From: Mobula hypostoma | Taxonomy: Eukaryota | DNA length: 64,000 nucleotides | Direction of reading: 5' to 3' | Assembly (NCBI RefSeq): GCF_963921235.1 | Contig: NC_086097.1 | Span: 212,972,001-213,036,000 of the forward strand | Shown here: one piece after another, positions 51,246 through 62,030 of the stretch | How positions within the stretch are numbered: position 1 is the stretch's first letter | Layout: the number at the start of each line of letters is the position of its first letter | The notes under the pieces: model-generated | Databases searched by the model: none | Told to the model about the DNA's origin: nothing | The model's input: the letters and a program-made list of their open reading frames with translations, nothing else | Program-made: the position numbers and the translations under genes

Positions 51246-54200
51246 TGTCACAACTAACTGTGTTATGCTCGCAGTTTCCTTGTTGTGGCAGCCTCAATCC
51301 CATGAAATTAAAACATGTAGTAACCCTGGTACAGCCGAGAAACTCATGGGCATCTATCTAGCTCAGAGATAGGGAGTTCCAACTTGGGAATTGAGACAAA
51401 AGATCAACATCAACCCCTGAACAGTCAACCTCCAGACACCGGCCAGATCCACCTTTCCACCGTGCTCGAAGGCAACCATAGTGAAAAATTCTCCTTCTAT
51501 TTGGTTGATTTACCTGAACTGGTGCTTGGTCTCACCTGGTTATCCCAACATAACCCACGGATCAATGGATCTTTCAAAGCACTCCAAGAGTGGGGACGGG
51601 CATACCTGTCTACCTGTTCGGGTCCAGCTCAAGCTCTGCTCCATGAATCCCCTCCTGTGTCAGCTAAGGATGTGGACCTGTCTGGGATTCCTGCTGAATA
51701 TGCCGATCTGCTTGAGGTCTTCAGGAAAAGGAAGGCCTCCTCCCTGCCTCTGCACTAGCCGTATGACTGCGTCATAGACTTACTACCTGGCACTAGCCCT
51801 ACACGGGGCCGGATTTTTACCCCCTCTCTCCCCCTCTTTCCCCCTTGGCCATGGAGGAATACATTAAGGAGGCATTGGCCATGGGGTTTATCTGTCCGTC
51901 AATCTTGCCGGCAGGAGCAGATTTCTTTTTTGTGAGCAAGAAAGGTGGCAAGCTCTGTCTCTGCATCGATTATTGGCTCTGAACAACATCACTGCAAAGA
52001 ACTGCTACCCTCTTCCCCTGCTGGTGTCTGCATTCAAACACCTCCAGGGAGCAACCATATTTTCCAAAATTGATCTGCACATGCTTGCAGTCTTGTTGGT
52101 ATGAGAGAAGGGGATGAGTAGAAGATGGCTTTCAACACCTCTAATGGCCACTATGGGTACCTTGCAATGCCCCTGCTGTTTTCCATGCCTTAGTTAATGA
52201 TGTGCTCAGGGACATGTTGAACCAGTTTGTTTTTGTGTATTTAGATGACACCCTTATCTATTCCCACTCTCACAGGAACATAGTCAGCATGTCTGCAGGG
52301 CTCTCATACAGCTCCTTGGAAATAATCAGTTTGTCAGGTCCGAGAAATGCAAGTTTCATAAAGACCAGATGTCATTTTTGGGCTATATACAGTACTTACC
52401 CCATCCAGTGTTCATCCCATCCAGTGTTCAAATGGACCCTAGTAAAGTTCAGGCAGATTCAGAGTGGACCAAACCATCTACAGTCAAACAGATAAGGCGC
52501 TTCATGAGGTTTGCAAACTTTTATCGCTGCTTCATCCAGAATTTTGGCTCTATCGTGCCTCCCATAAATGAACTCGCGAGGAGGATCTCTGCAGGACTCC
52601 ATTCAACAAACAATGCCGACCAAGCATTTTCAGAGTTAAAGTGATGTTTCACAATGGCCCCTGTGCTACAACGCCCAGATCCATCGCAGCCATTCATAGT
52701 CGAGGTGGATGCATCCGATGCAGGCATTGGAGCTGTCCTCTCTCAGAGTTGTTCTGCAGATAGCCAGCTGCACCCTTGTGCATTTCTTTCCCATCACTTG
52801 ACTCTGGCCAAGGGAAATTATGCTGTTGGGAACCGGTAACTTCTGGCTGTCAAGGAGGCCTTGGAGGAATGGCAACACTGGCTGGAGGGGGCAGAGCATC
52901 CTTTCTTGGTCTGAACAGATCACAAGAACCTCTCCTACATTCAGGACATAAAGAACTCAGCTCCCGTCAAACCCAGTGGATTCCCTTCTTCACCCAGTTT
53001 CATTTCATCCTTGCCTATCATCCCGGCAGCAAGAATACTCAGGCCAACTCTCTGTCCTAGCAGTTCAACGGATCTGAGGACAATGGTAATCCAGAGCCCA
53101 TACCTCCTCGCTCATGCGATGCTGCTCCGATAATCCATGGGGAAAGGGGCAGAGGTGAAGGCTGCCCAACAGTCAAACCCAAGCCCAGGTGGGGACCTCC
53201 CAACCAGCTGTTTGTCCCTGCTACATTGCACTCCAAAGTGTTGGAATGGGGTTACTCCTGTCTGGCTGGCCATCTAGGAATTCAATGGATCCAGTAGTTT
53301 ATCAATGTCCCAGGATGTCCACAACTTTGTATCTGCTTATCCTACCTGCGCTCAGAACAAGAAGTCATGCCAGTGTCCTGTGGGTCTGCTATGTCTATGG
53401 CCTGTGCCCCACTGCACTTGGTCCCACCTCTGGGTGGATTTCATCACCGGCCTTCCCTCATCTAACGGAAACACCACCATTTTGGTCATTGTGGATTGAT
53501 TCTCCAAGCCTGTCCACTTCTTTGCCCTCCCTAAGCTCCCATCGCTCATGAGACTGCCACACTCATGGTTCAACATGTGTTCAGGCTCCATGGTTTTCCT
53601 CAAGACATGGTTTCTGATCATGGCCCACAACTTACTTCTCGCTTTTGGAAGGCTTTCTGCTCACAGCCCGCCTCTCGTCTGGTTTCCACTCCCAATCCAA
53701 TGGCCAGGCTCAGAAGTGAATTGGGAGTTGGAGACATCTCTGTACTGCCTTGCCTCTTCCAACGCCGTGTCCTGGAGTTACCAATTGGTTCGGGCAGAGA
53801 TTGTCTGCATTAACCTCCAGTTATCCTCCACGGGTTTGTCCCTCTTTCAATGAAGGAAAGGATTCCAGCCACCACTCTTCCCTGACCAGGATATTGATGT
53901 AGGAGTTCCTGTTGCTGAACAGCTACAAGTGCACCTGGAGATGAGACAGGGCTTCCCTGCTGCATGCCCAGAAACACATGCCTGGCAAGCTGATCGGCTC
54001 CACTGACAGGTAAGGCTATTTAAGCCAGGAGAAGAGGTCTAGATGGCATCAAGTGGCCTTCCCCTGAAAGTTAACAGCCGCAAATTGGCTCCGTGCTATG
54101 TGGAAACATTTGTAGTGGAAAAGACTGTCAACAGGGTATCATATAGATTGTGTCTACCAGCATCAATCAAGATCCACCCAGTATTCCATGTTTCCCATCT

Positions 54201-54895
54201 CAAGCCAATTAATACCCCGCCCCTGGCCCCAGTTGCCCCACTTCTCCCCACTTGGTAGATAGTGCCCTGGTCTATACCGTGCGTGCCATCCTGGCATCTC
54301 GCTGGGTATGTGGTAAGGTCCATTATCTTGTGGATTGGGAAGGGTATGGCCCCGAAGAACATTCTTGGACCCTGGCAAAGGACATTTTGGACAAGTTGCT
54401 CATCCGGGACTTCCAGCGGGCACAGGTCTGTGGATTCTCAGGAGCTGCACCTAGAGAAGAGGGCCCCGTCATAACCACAGACTCAGCCGTGCAGCAGATT
54501 CGGCAATTAAGCTCGTGAAAATGCATGTGTCTGTTAATTATTATTTCATTATGGTGGTATTTAACTCCTTTCTTTTTGTTATAGTGCTTGTCGAAACTTG
54601 AGCAAAGCACAGCAACGTTATACAGCCTGGTTGCATTTGGCCTTGACTGAGAAAGTGGATTGTTGAACCAACTGATGCGGAAGACTAGCGATGTTCATTT
54701 TATACTTGGGTATTTCTTTCAGCCAGGTGTTGGCATCTACTTTTCCATTTGTGAGTTTTAGTTAACCACACTGTTTGGCCTAGCGTTTATTGTTTTCCTT
54801 TCCTTTAAAATCCTGGTTGCATTAAAGTTTGTGAACTATCAGCCCGCTTCAGGGTGTCTCTCTCCGCAGTTGGGCCATATCTGAGCATACTGACA
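51246..54895 (+). mobile_element. Chromoviral Gypsy (Sushi/Tf-like) LTR retrotransposon with 5' LTR and gag deleted
   Basis: TGCCC TSD at 51241-51245 and 54896-54900; TG...CA ends; RT VFVYLDD, RNase [15 protein letters not shown], integrase WVDFITGLP and SDHGPQ, chromodomain YLVDWEGYGPEEHSW; PPT AGAGAAGAGGG. Confidence 0.93.
54467..54895 (+). repeat. 3' LTR of the chromovirus
   Basis: Follows the PPT; (C/T)GTCA...TGACA; TATTTAA and ATTAAA signals. Confidence 0.85.
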
Positions 54896-55253
54896 TGCCC
54901 TGACGGAAAATGTTACTTTATACCTCATGTTTATATCAGACCTCATTATGACAGTGCAGGAGACCATTGAAAGATAGGTCAGAGTGAGAATCAAATGGAG
55001 AATGTACATGCCAACACTAAATGCTGAACACAACATTGGAAGAAACACAAACATTTGTTGCTTCACTTACTGAAGTATTTGGGTCCCAAGATGATGGAAA
55101 GGAGAAAATTAATAGGAGAGGAAATACTTAAGATGAGCTCAAGGATTCTGTCAACCCATTGATCCAGTGCCTCTTCAACATATCCCTGCACCACATTAGC
55201 CTCACCCTTTGTTCTTCCCATCTCTTCACCACCCTATCTGCAATTTAGAACTT

Positions 55254-55380
55254 TGTCCTGATGAAGGGTCTCGGCCCGAAACCTTGACTGTTCATTTCCA
55301 CTGATGCTGCTCGACCTGCTGAGTTCCTCCAGCGTGTTGTGCGTGTTGCTTTGACCCCAGCATCTGCAGAGTATTTTGTG
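55254..55380 (+). mobile_element. 127-bp Penelope-like tail insertion with 10-bp TSD
   Basis: TTTAGAACTT at 55244-55253 and 55381-55390; inserted into an older related tail (about 55195-55530). Confidence 0.8.
55255..55288 (+). ncRNA. Minimal type I hammerhead ribozyme (stem III variant)
   Basis: GTC-CTGATGA-A-GGGT CTCG GCCC-GAAA-CC-TT-GAC. Confidence 0.65.
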
Positions 55381-55999
55381 TTTAGAACTTGTATTCTCTC
55401 TTCTCCTGTTCTAATGTACGGTTTACAACCTGAAACGTTAAATCTGATTCTCTTTCCACCAACACAACCCGATTTGCTGAGCGCTCCAGCTTTTATTTCA
55501 GATTTTCAGCATCTGCGGTTGTTTTTTTTTCCGGTTTTCAAAAGTCCCTCATCATACTTGGAGATTGAAGAGAAATGCTTCACAAAGACGTCTCCTAATT
55601 TGCACTGGCCTCTCCAGTGTAGCAAAAACTATTTAATGGATGACAAATGCAGTGAGCCAAACCGCTAAAAGTAAATTGCTCCATGTGTTGAAAGAATATT
55701 TGGAACCCAAAGCAATAGAAAATCAAAAGGTTAAAGGCTACTGCATATAAATTGGACCACATTGCACATGCTTTCTAGGTGCTAGCCATGCAATAATTAG
55801 CTTTACTTGTACTTTGATAATAAATGTACTTCAAATTATGAATCTTTGTGCTAGCAATCAGTTCCAGGTGAAACTACAACCATTACACAATTAGACTGGG
55901 CTCTTCCTCTTAGGATCTACACTCGCTTATCTGGTGCTTTTGCAATCTCAGACTTGAATGTCTGTAGTTTGCCACTGCACCTTTTCCCATTCATCTCGC

Positions 56000-56110
56000 A
56001 GGGCCACACTGTGACATGACTGAGTCACTTCCTCACTGTACCAGAGACCCTGATTCAATCCTAATCTCAGATGAGGGCTGCGCGGAATTTGCACATTCTC
56101 ACTGTGCCTG
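56000..56110 (+). mobile_element. Degenerate V-SINE head
   Basis: CCTCACTGTACCAGAGACCCTGATTCAATCC...GGAATTTGCACATTCTC. Confidence 0.55.
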
Positions 56111-56815
56111 TCTCCCAATGATCACAGTAACGGCATGGAACTCCATCAGGGCAGATTATGTTGGCAATGGCCACTTAGAGAGAAGATCTTTGAATCTTCT
56201 CTGTGGAAAAAGCAAGCTACATCATGAGCAGCAAAGTGGGACATGCAGTCATCGCTATTGGTGTGATGGAGAAAGGAAAACGGGGACACAGAATTTAACT
56301 TTTTACTGCAAGTAGGCAGAAGGCAGTGCATGCAAGATTGCTGTGGGCATTTGTACATTTATATTGGACAATGGGCATTGCTTTTCTGCAGAAAAGGAGA
56401 TAAAGCCAAGGAAGTGTCAGGAATGGAGCTAGTAGTGGAGAAGGACAGGCGAAAATTTGAAACAAGTTTCCAAATAATTCCAACTTCTCAGTAAACAACA
56501 GCAACACAGTCATCAGGTATCAACAAAGAAGAGAGTGATGGCACTTGAGTGGAACTGAAAGGTTTCTTGCACCCTACAAAAAGACAACACTGGGAAGAAC
56601 CAAATGGTTTCCACGGCAAGAATTGTGATAACCAGAATCTCTGTTCCTGCTTGCAACGTATGATTCCAGCCAGTGGAGAGATTTTGTCTTGGCCTCTTTG
56701 TTGCACCAGGATTCTTTGATGTCACAGTCAGCCAAGTATTGCTTAATGATCAGCCCTTTCCTGAGTCTCTGTCTGTCCTACAAAAGTATATTTCTCCTGA
56801 AAAAATGGTTATATA

Positions 56816-56816
<1 letters not shown>

Positions 56817-56859
<43 letters not shown>
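56817..56859. repeat. (TA)n(GA)n compound microsatellite
   Basis: Read directly from the sequence. Confidence 0.95.
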
Positions 56860-57913
56860 AGTCAACCCACTAAATCTCTAGCCCTGTTCAATAAGTGGTA
56901 TCTCATCCCAGACCCTGGTGGCAATACGGACCTCATTTAATCTTCTCAGAGTATGGAAGTTTGCTGCTCACCATCGTCAGAAGCATTGACTCTTTCTTTT
57001 GAACCATGGAGGAGGACTGCATTGCCGAAGAGTAGGATGAGGAGGTGTTACTATCTTTAGTGAAAATGGTGTTATGAATCACCTTTCCAACTTACAACTT
57101 ATATAATCTTCAAATCATTTTTCACATAGAGTTAATTGTCAAAATGATCCTTCCTACATTATTAAATGGTACTCCTCAAAAATAACACTTTTTTGTACAA
57201 AACATTTTTGACTACATGAATAGCATTAGAAAAGACTGGCTCTCAGCGGATTCACTCATCTTTGTAGACGCATAATCTCCAGCCCTTCTAGACAGAACGG
57301 GAGTGAATTGATGGTTGCAGAGCTTGTAAGGACTGGTTGTTCTGGAATGTGCCAGCTTTGGCGGTCTCAAATGATCCCCACTGATTAAAGTTTAGAAGAA
57401 GTACAATTTTTAACCTTTAAGAGTTGAAATGTATAAGTTTTGCAGTGGCCTGCTGGTGCCCCAGGAAGGGAGTGCCCATTCTGAGCAATAGGTTTCCTAT
57501 TAGAATGCATCTGTCTGAGGCTCTGCTCTGCCCACCCTGAGGAACAGGCCTTGGCCCATGTCACCCATGGCCACTGATGGCCCTTTCTAATGGCCCACCA
57601 TCCTGTGATGAAGGTAGGTAACGTCCACATGAGGGCTCTAATGTATCAGGCAGAGAAGGTGACAATTACCTTTAAGGGTGAAAAGAAGAAATTCTTGAAT
57701 AAGGTCAATAAATGGTTACAAGTCGCTTCAAATTAAAAGGGCAAACGAACTTCACAAACCAAGGATGTAAAAGTAGCCAAATCTCATCAATGAAAGCTGA
57801 ACAGTATAGAAACCAGGTCAAAAAGTTCAACTTTGGGAGCATCATTATTCCAAGAACACATAGAAACAACATTTTGAGAATCCTGTGAACCACAAATGAT
57901 AAAGGAAACTTAC

Positions 57914-57941
57914 ATTATGGGGTACTATAAGTTCTTGTGTC
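57914..57941 (-). CDS. Candidate 28-nt micro-exon (xTQELIVPHN) of an unidentified host gene
   Basis: tcttctgttttcag|GACACAAGAACTTATAGTACCCCATAAT|gtaagt; single open frame ending in phase 0. Confidence 0.33.
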
Positions 57942-58314
57942 CTGAAAACAGAAGACCAAAAGACCATAAGACATAGGAGCAGATTGGCAGATTTATTATC
58001 CCTCTCAGCCCCATTCAGCTTTCTCTCTCTAACCCTTGCCACCCTGACTAATCAAGAACCTATCAACTTCTGCTTTAAATTTCCCCAACTAACCACCTCT
58101 ACAGCCACCTGTGATAACGAATTTGGAAGATTCACTGCCCTCCAGATAAAGAAATTCCTCCTCATCTCAAAGGATGTCCCTCTATTCTGAGGCTCTGTCC
58201 TCTGGTACTAGACTCACACACGAAAGGAAACATCCTCTCCACATCCATTCTACCTGAGTATTTCAATATTTGATAGATAGGTTTCAATAAGATCCCCCTC
58301 ATTCTCCGAAACTC

Positions 58315-59320
58315 GGAATCAAATCAGGTTTAATATCACTGGCATATGTCATGAAATTTGTGGTCTTCTGACAGCAGTACATTGCAATACTTAATACTTC
58401 TTAAAACTATAAATAACAACAAAAAATATATAAAAAATTAAATTAAGTAAGTAGTGCAAAAGAAGAGCAAAACAACAGTGAAGTGATGTTCAGGGGTTCA
58501 TTGTCCATCCAGAAATCTGATGGTGGAGGGGAAGAAGCTTTTCCTGAGATGTTGAATGTGTGTCTTCAGGCTCCTGTATCTCCTCCTTTATGATGGCAAT
58601 GAGAAGGGGGCATGTTGTGGGTGGTGAAGGTCCTTGATGATGGATGCTACCTTCTTGAGGCATCACTCTTTGAAATTTGTCCTCGATGCTGGGGAGATTA
58701 GTACGCATGATGGTTGTGTTTACAACTTCCTGAACTTTTTTTTTGATTTGATGCACAGGTCCTACCATACCAGACAGTGTTGCAACCAGCTAGAATGCTC
58801 TCCACAGTACACCTGTAGAAATTTGCAAGCGTCTTTGGTGACATACTAAATCTCTTCAAACTCATAATGAGATATAGCTGCTGTCATGCCTTCTTTGTGA
58901 CTGCATTGTTATGTTGGGCCCAGGATAGATCCTCAGAGATGCTGACACCCTGGAACATGAAGCACCTCACCCTTTCCACTGATAATCCTTTGACGAAGAC
59001 TGGCGTGCGTTCCCTTGACTTCCCCTTTCTGGTCCACAGTCAATTCCTTTGTGTTACTGACGTCGATTGCAAGGTTTTTGTTGCGTCACTACTCAGTCCT
59101 GCACGCCTCCTCAGTACCATCTGAAATTCTGCCAATAGATGTGTCATCAGCAAATTTATAGATGGTGTTTGAGCTGTATCTAGCCACACAGTCATGGGGG
59201 TAGAGAGCAGAGCAGTGGGCTCAGCACACATCAGTGAGGAGGAAATGCTATTTACAATCCATGCTGAGAGCCGTCTCCCGGAGATCCAGTTACAGAGGGA
59301 GGTACAGAGGCTCAGGTTTT
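58315..59320 (-). mobile_element. Rex1/Babar fragment nested in the CR1
   Basis: GAATCAAATCAGG tail; reverse YKFADD. Confidence 0.85.
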
Positions 59321-59629
59321 ACTCCAGTGAGTACAGGTCCATAGGTATCAAACACTCCTCATATATTAACCCTTCCATTCCTGGAATCATTCTCATGAAC
59401 CTTCTCTGGACCCTCTCCAATGCCAGGACATCTTTTTGTTGATAAGGGGCCTAAAACTGCTCACAATATTCCAAGTACAGCCTGGCCGATGCCTTATAAA
59501 GACTCAGTATTACACCCTTGCTTTTACATTCTGGTCCTTCAAACTCTGACTCAAACTGCAATTTAACCTTTAGGAAATCTTGCACAAGGACTCCCAAGTC
59601 CCTTTGTACCTCTGATTTTTAAATTTTGA

Positions 59630-60365
59630 TTGAGGAGAGATTTGATAGAAGTATACATAATTATGTGTATACATAATTAAGTATACATAATTGGTGTGGG
59701 CATGTGGCCAAGTGGTTAAGGCATTGGACTCGCAACCTGAAGGTCGTGAGTTCGAGCCCCAGCCGAGGCAACGTGTTCTGTCCTTGAGCAAGGCACTTAA
59801 TCACACATTGCTCTGCGACGACACTGGTGCCAAGCTGTATGGGTCCTAATGCCCTTCCCTCGGACAACATTGGTGTTGTGGAGAGGGGAGACTTGCAGCA
59901 TGGACAACTGCTGGTCTTCCATACAACCTTGCCCAGGCCTACGCCCTGGAGAGTGAAGACTTTCCAGGCGCAGATCCATGGTCTCACAAGACTAACAGAT
60001 GCCTTTAATACATAATTATGAGGGGTATAGATAGGTTAAATGGAAGCAGCTTTTTTTTCCACTAAGGCTGGGTGAAAAACCAGAGGACATGGGTTAAAGG
60101 AGAAAGATAAAATGTTTAAGGGACACATGAGGGGAACTTCATTCAGAGGATGGTGGGAGTGTGGAATGAGCTGCCAGAGGAAGTGATGGATGCAATTTCA
60201 ATTTCAACATTTAAGAGAAGTTTGGATAGGTAGATGGACGGGAGGAGTATGGAAGGTTATGATCCAGGTGCTGGCTGATGAGATTAGGTAGCTTAAATGT
60301 TTCATCATGGACTCGATCGGCTGAAGAGCCTGGATATGTGCTGCAATTTTCTATGACTTTATGAC
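59630..60365 (+). mobile_element. CR1 3' fragment of a different subfamily, nested and split by a SINE
   Basis: LRRDLIEVYI.MRGIDRLN; TATGACT repeats at the tail. Confidence 0.8.
59693..60007 (+). mobile_element. tRNA-derived SINE with TSD
   Basis: A box TGGCCAAGTGG, B box GTTCGAGCC; ATACATAATT at 59683-59692 and 60008-60017. Confidence 0.88.
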
Positions 60366-60923
60366 TCTCCCTATTAGAAAATAGTCTACACCTTTATTCC
60401 TTCTACCAAAGTGCATGACCATACACTTCCCTACACTATATTCATTTGCCACTTCTTTGCCCATTTTCCCAATCTGTCCAAGTCCTTTGCAGAATCCCTG
60501 CTTCCTCAGCACTATCTGCCCCTCCACCTATCTTTGTATCGTCCACAAACCTGGCCACAAAACCATCAATTCCAACATCCAAATCATTGACATATAACAT
60601 GAAAAGAAGTGGTACCAACACCGGTCCCTGCGGAACAACACTAGTCACCTGCAGCCAACCAGAAAAGGCTCCCTTTACTTCCATACTTTGCCTCCTGCCA
60701 TTTGGCCAAAGTTCTATCTATGCAAATATCTTTCCTGTAATACCATTGGTTCTTATCTTGTTAAGTAGGCTCATGTACGGCACATTGTCAGAGACCTTCT
60801 GAAAATCCAAGTATACAACATGCACTGATTCTCATTCGTCTATCCTGCCTGTTATTTCCTCAAAGAATTCTAACAGATTTGTCAGGCATGGTTTCTCTTG
60901 AGGAAACCATGCTGACTTTGGCC

Positions 60924-61209
60924 CATCCTCTGGGTTCCCCCCCCCCTTCCTTCTCCCTGGGCCTCCTGTCCCATGATCCTCTCATATCCCTTTTGCCAAT
61001 CACCTGTCCAGCTCTTGGCTCCATCCCTCCCACTCCTGTCTTCTGCTATCATTTTGGATCTCTCCCTCCCCCTCCCACTTTCAAATCTCTTACTAGCTCT
61101 TCCTTCAGTTAGTCCTGACGAAGGGTCTCGGCCTGAAACGTCGACTGTACCTCTTCCTAGAGATGCTGCCTGGCCTGCTGCATTCACCAGCAACTTTGAT
61201 GTGTGTTGC
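60924..61209 (+). mobile_element. Penelope-like 3' (pLTR) fragment with 12-bp TSD
   Basis: CTGACTTTGGCC at 60912-60923 and 61210-61221; pyrimidine-rich body followed by a hammerhead. Confidence 0.85.
61111..61146 (+). ncRNA. Minimal type I hammerhead ribozyme, intact core
   Basis: AGTC-CTGACGA-A-GGGT CTCG GCCT-GAAA-CG-TC-GACT; stem I AGTC/GACT; GUC cleavage triplet. Confidence 0.8.
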
Positions 61210-61344
61210 CTGACTTTGGCCTATTTCAGATCATGTGTGACATCAGAGCCAAAAGTTACCACACTGCAATTTCCATTTAGCACTTCTGCTGCATTAAGTG
61301 GGTCAGCAGCACTAAGAAATGCAACTCCAAACTGGTCAGAATAT

Positions 61345-62030
61345 TAATCAAAATTCAAAGTAAATTTATTATCACCATATACAACCCTGAGATTCACTTC
61401 CTTGCAAGCAATCACAGTAAATACAAGAAATACAATAGCATCAATGAAAGACAGCACCCAACAGGATGGACCAACAACCAATCTGCATAAAATAAACAAT
61501 GAACTGTGTGAATACTAAAAGACAGAGAAATAAATAATTAAATAAATAAATATGCAATAAGTATTGAAATGTGAGACGAAGAGTCCTTGAAAGTGAATCC
61601 ATAGCTTGCGGGAACATTTCAATGATTGGGATGAGTGAAGACGAGTGAAGTTATCCCCTCTGGTTCAAGAGCCTGAAGGTTGAGAGGCAATAACTGTTCC
61701 TGAACCTGGTGGTGTGGGCACTGAGGCTCTTGTACCATCTTCCTGAAGGCAGCAGCAAGAAGTGAGCATGGCTTGAATGTTGGGGGTCCTTGACGATGGA
61801 TGCTGCTTTCCTGCGACAGTGTTCCATATAGACGTGCTCAATGATGGGAGGGGCTTACCCGTGATGAACTAGACCATATCCATTACTGTTTGTAGGTTTT
61901 TTCCTGCAAGGGCTTTCGTGTTTCCATCTGTGGCTTAGATGCAGCCAGTCTATATACTCTCCAAGACATATCTATAGAAGTTTCTCAAAGTTTTAGATGA
62001 CATGTCCAATCTTCACAAACTTCTGAATTG
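61345..62030 (-). mobile_element. Rex1/Babar 3' fragment
   Basis: TTCAAAGTAAATTTATTATC tail; reverse LLLPSGRWYKSL and NFYRYVLESI. Confidence 0.85.

Larger units (their letters stand above)
50725..55200 (-). mobile_element. Old Penelope-like element split by the Gypsy insertion (pieces 50725-51245 and 54896-55200)
   Basis: Reverse tail AAAATGCTGGAAACACCCAGC; sequence joins across the TGCCC TSD and resembles the Penelope endonuclease C-terminus. Confidence 0.5.
57950..61240 (-). mobile_element. CR1 LINE RT and 3' portion hosting nested insertions
   Basis: Pieces 57950-58314, 59320-59630, 60365-60923 and 61210-61240; WLQVTSVVPQGPVL...RFVDDTK and GQSQHGF. Confidence 0.88.

Noticed and set aside
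54252..54518. Host chromodomain gene
   Set aside because: C-terminus of the Gypsy integrase, immediately before the PPT and LTR
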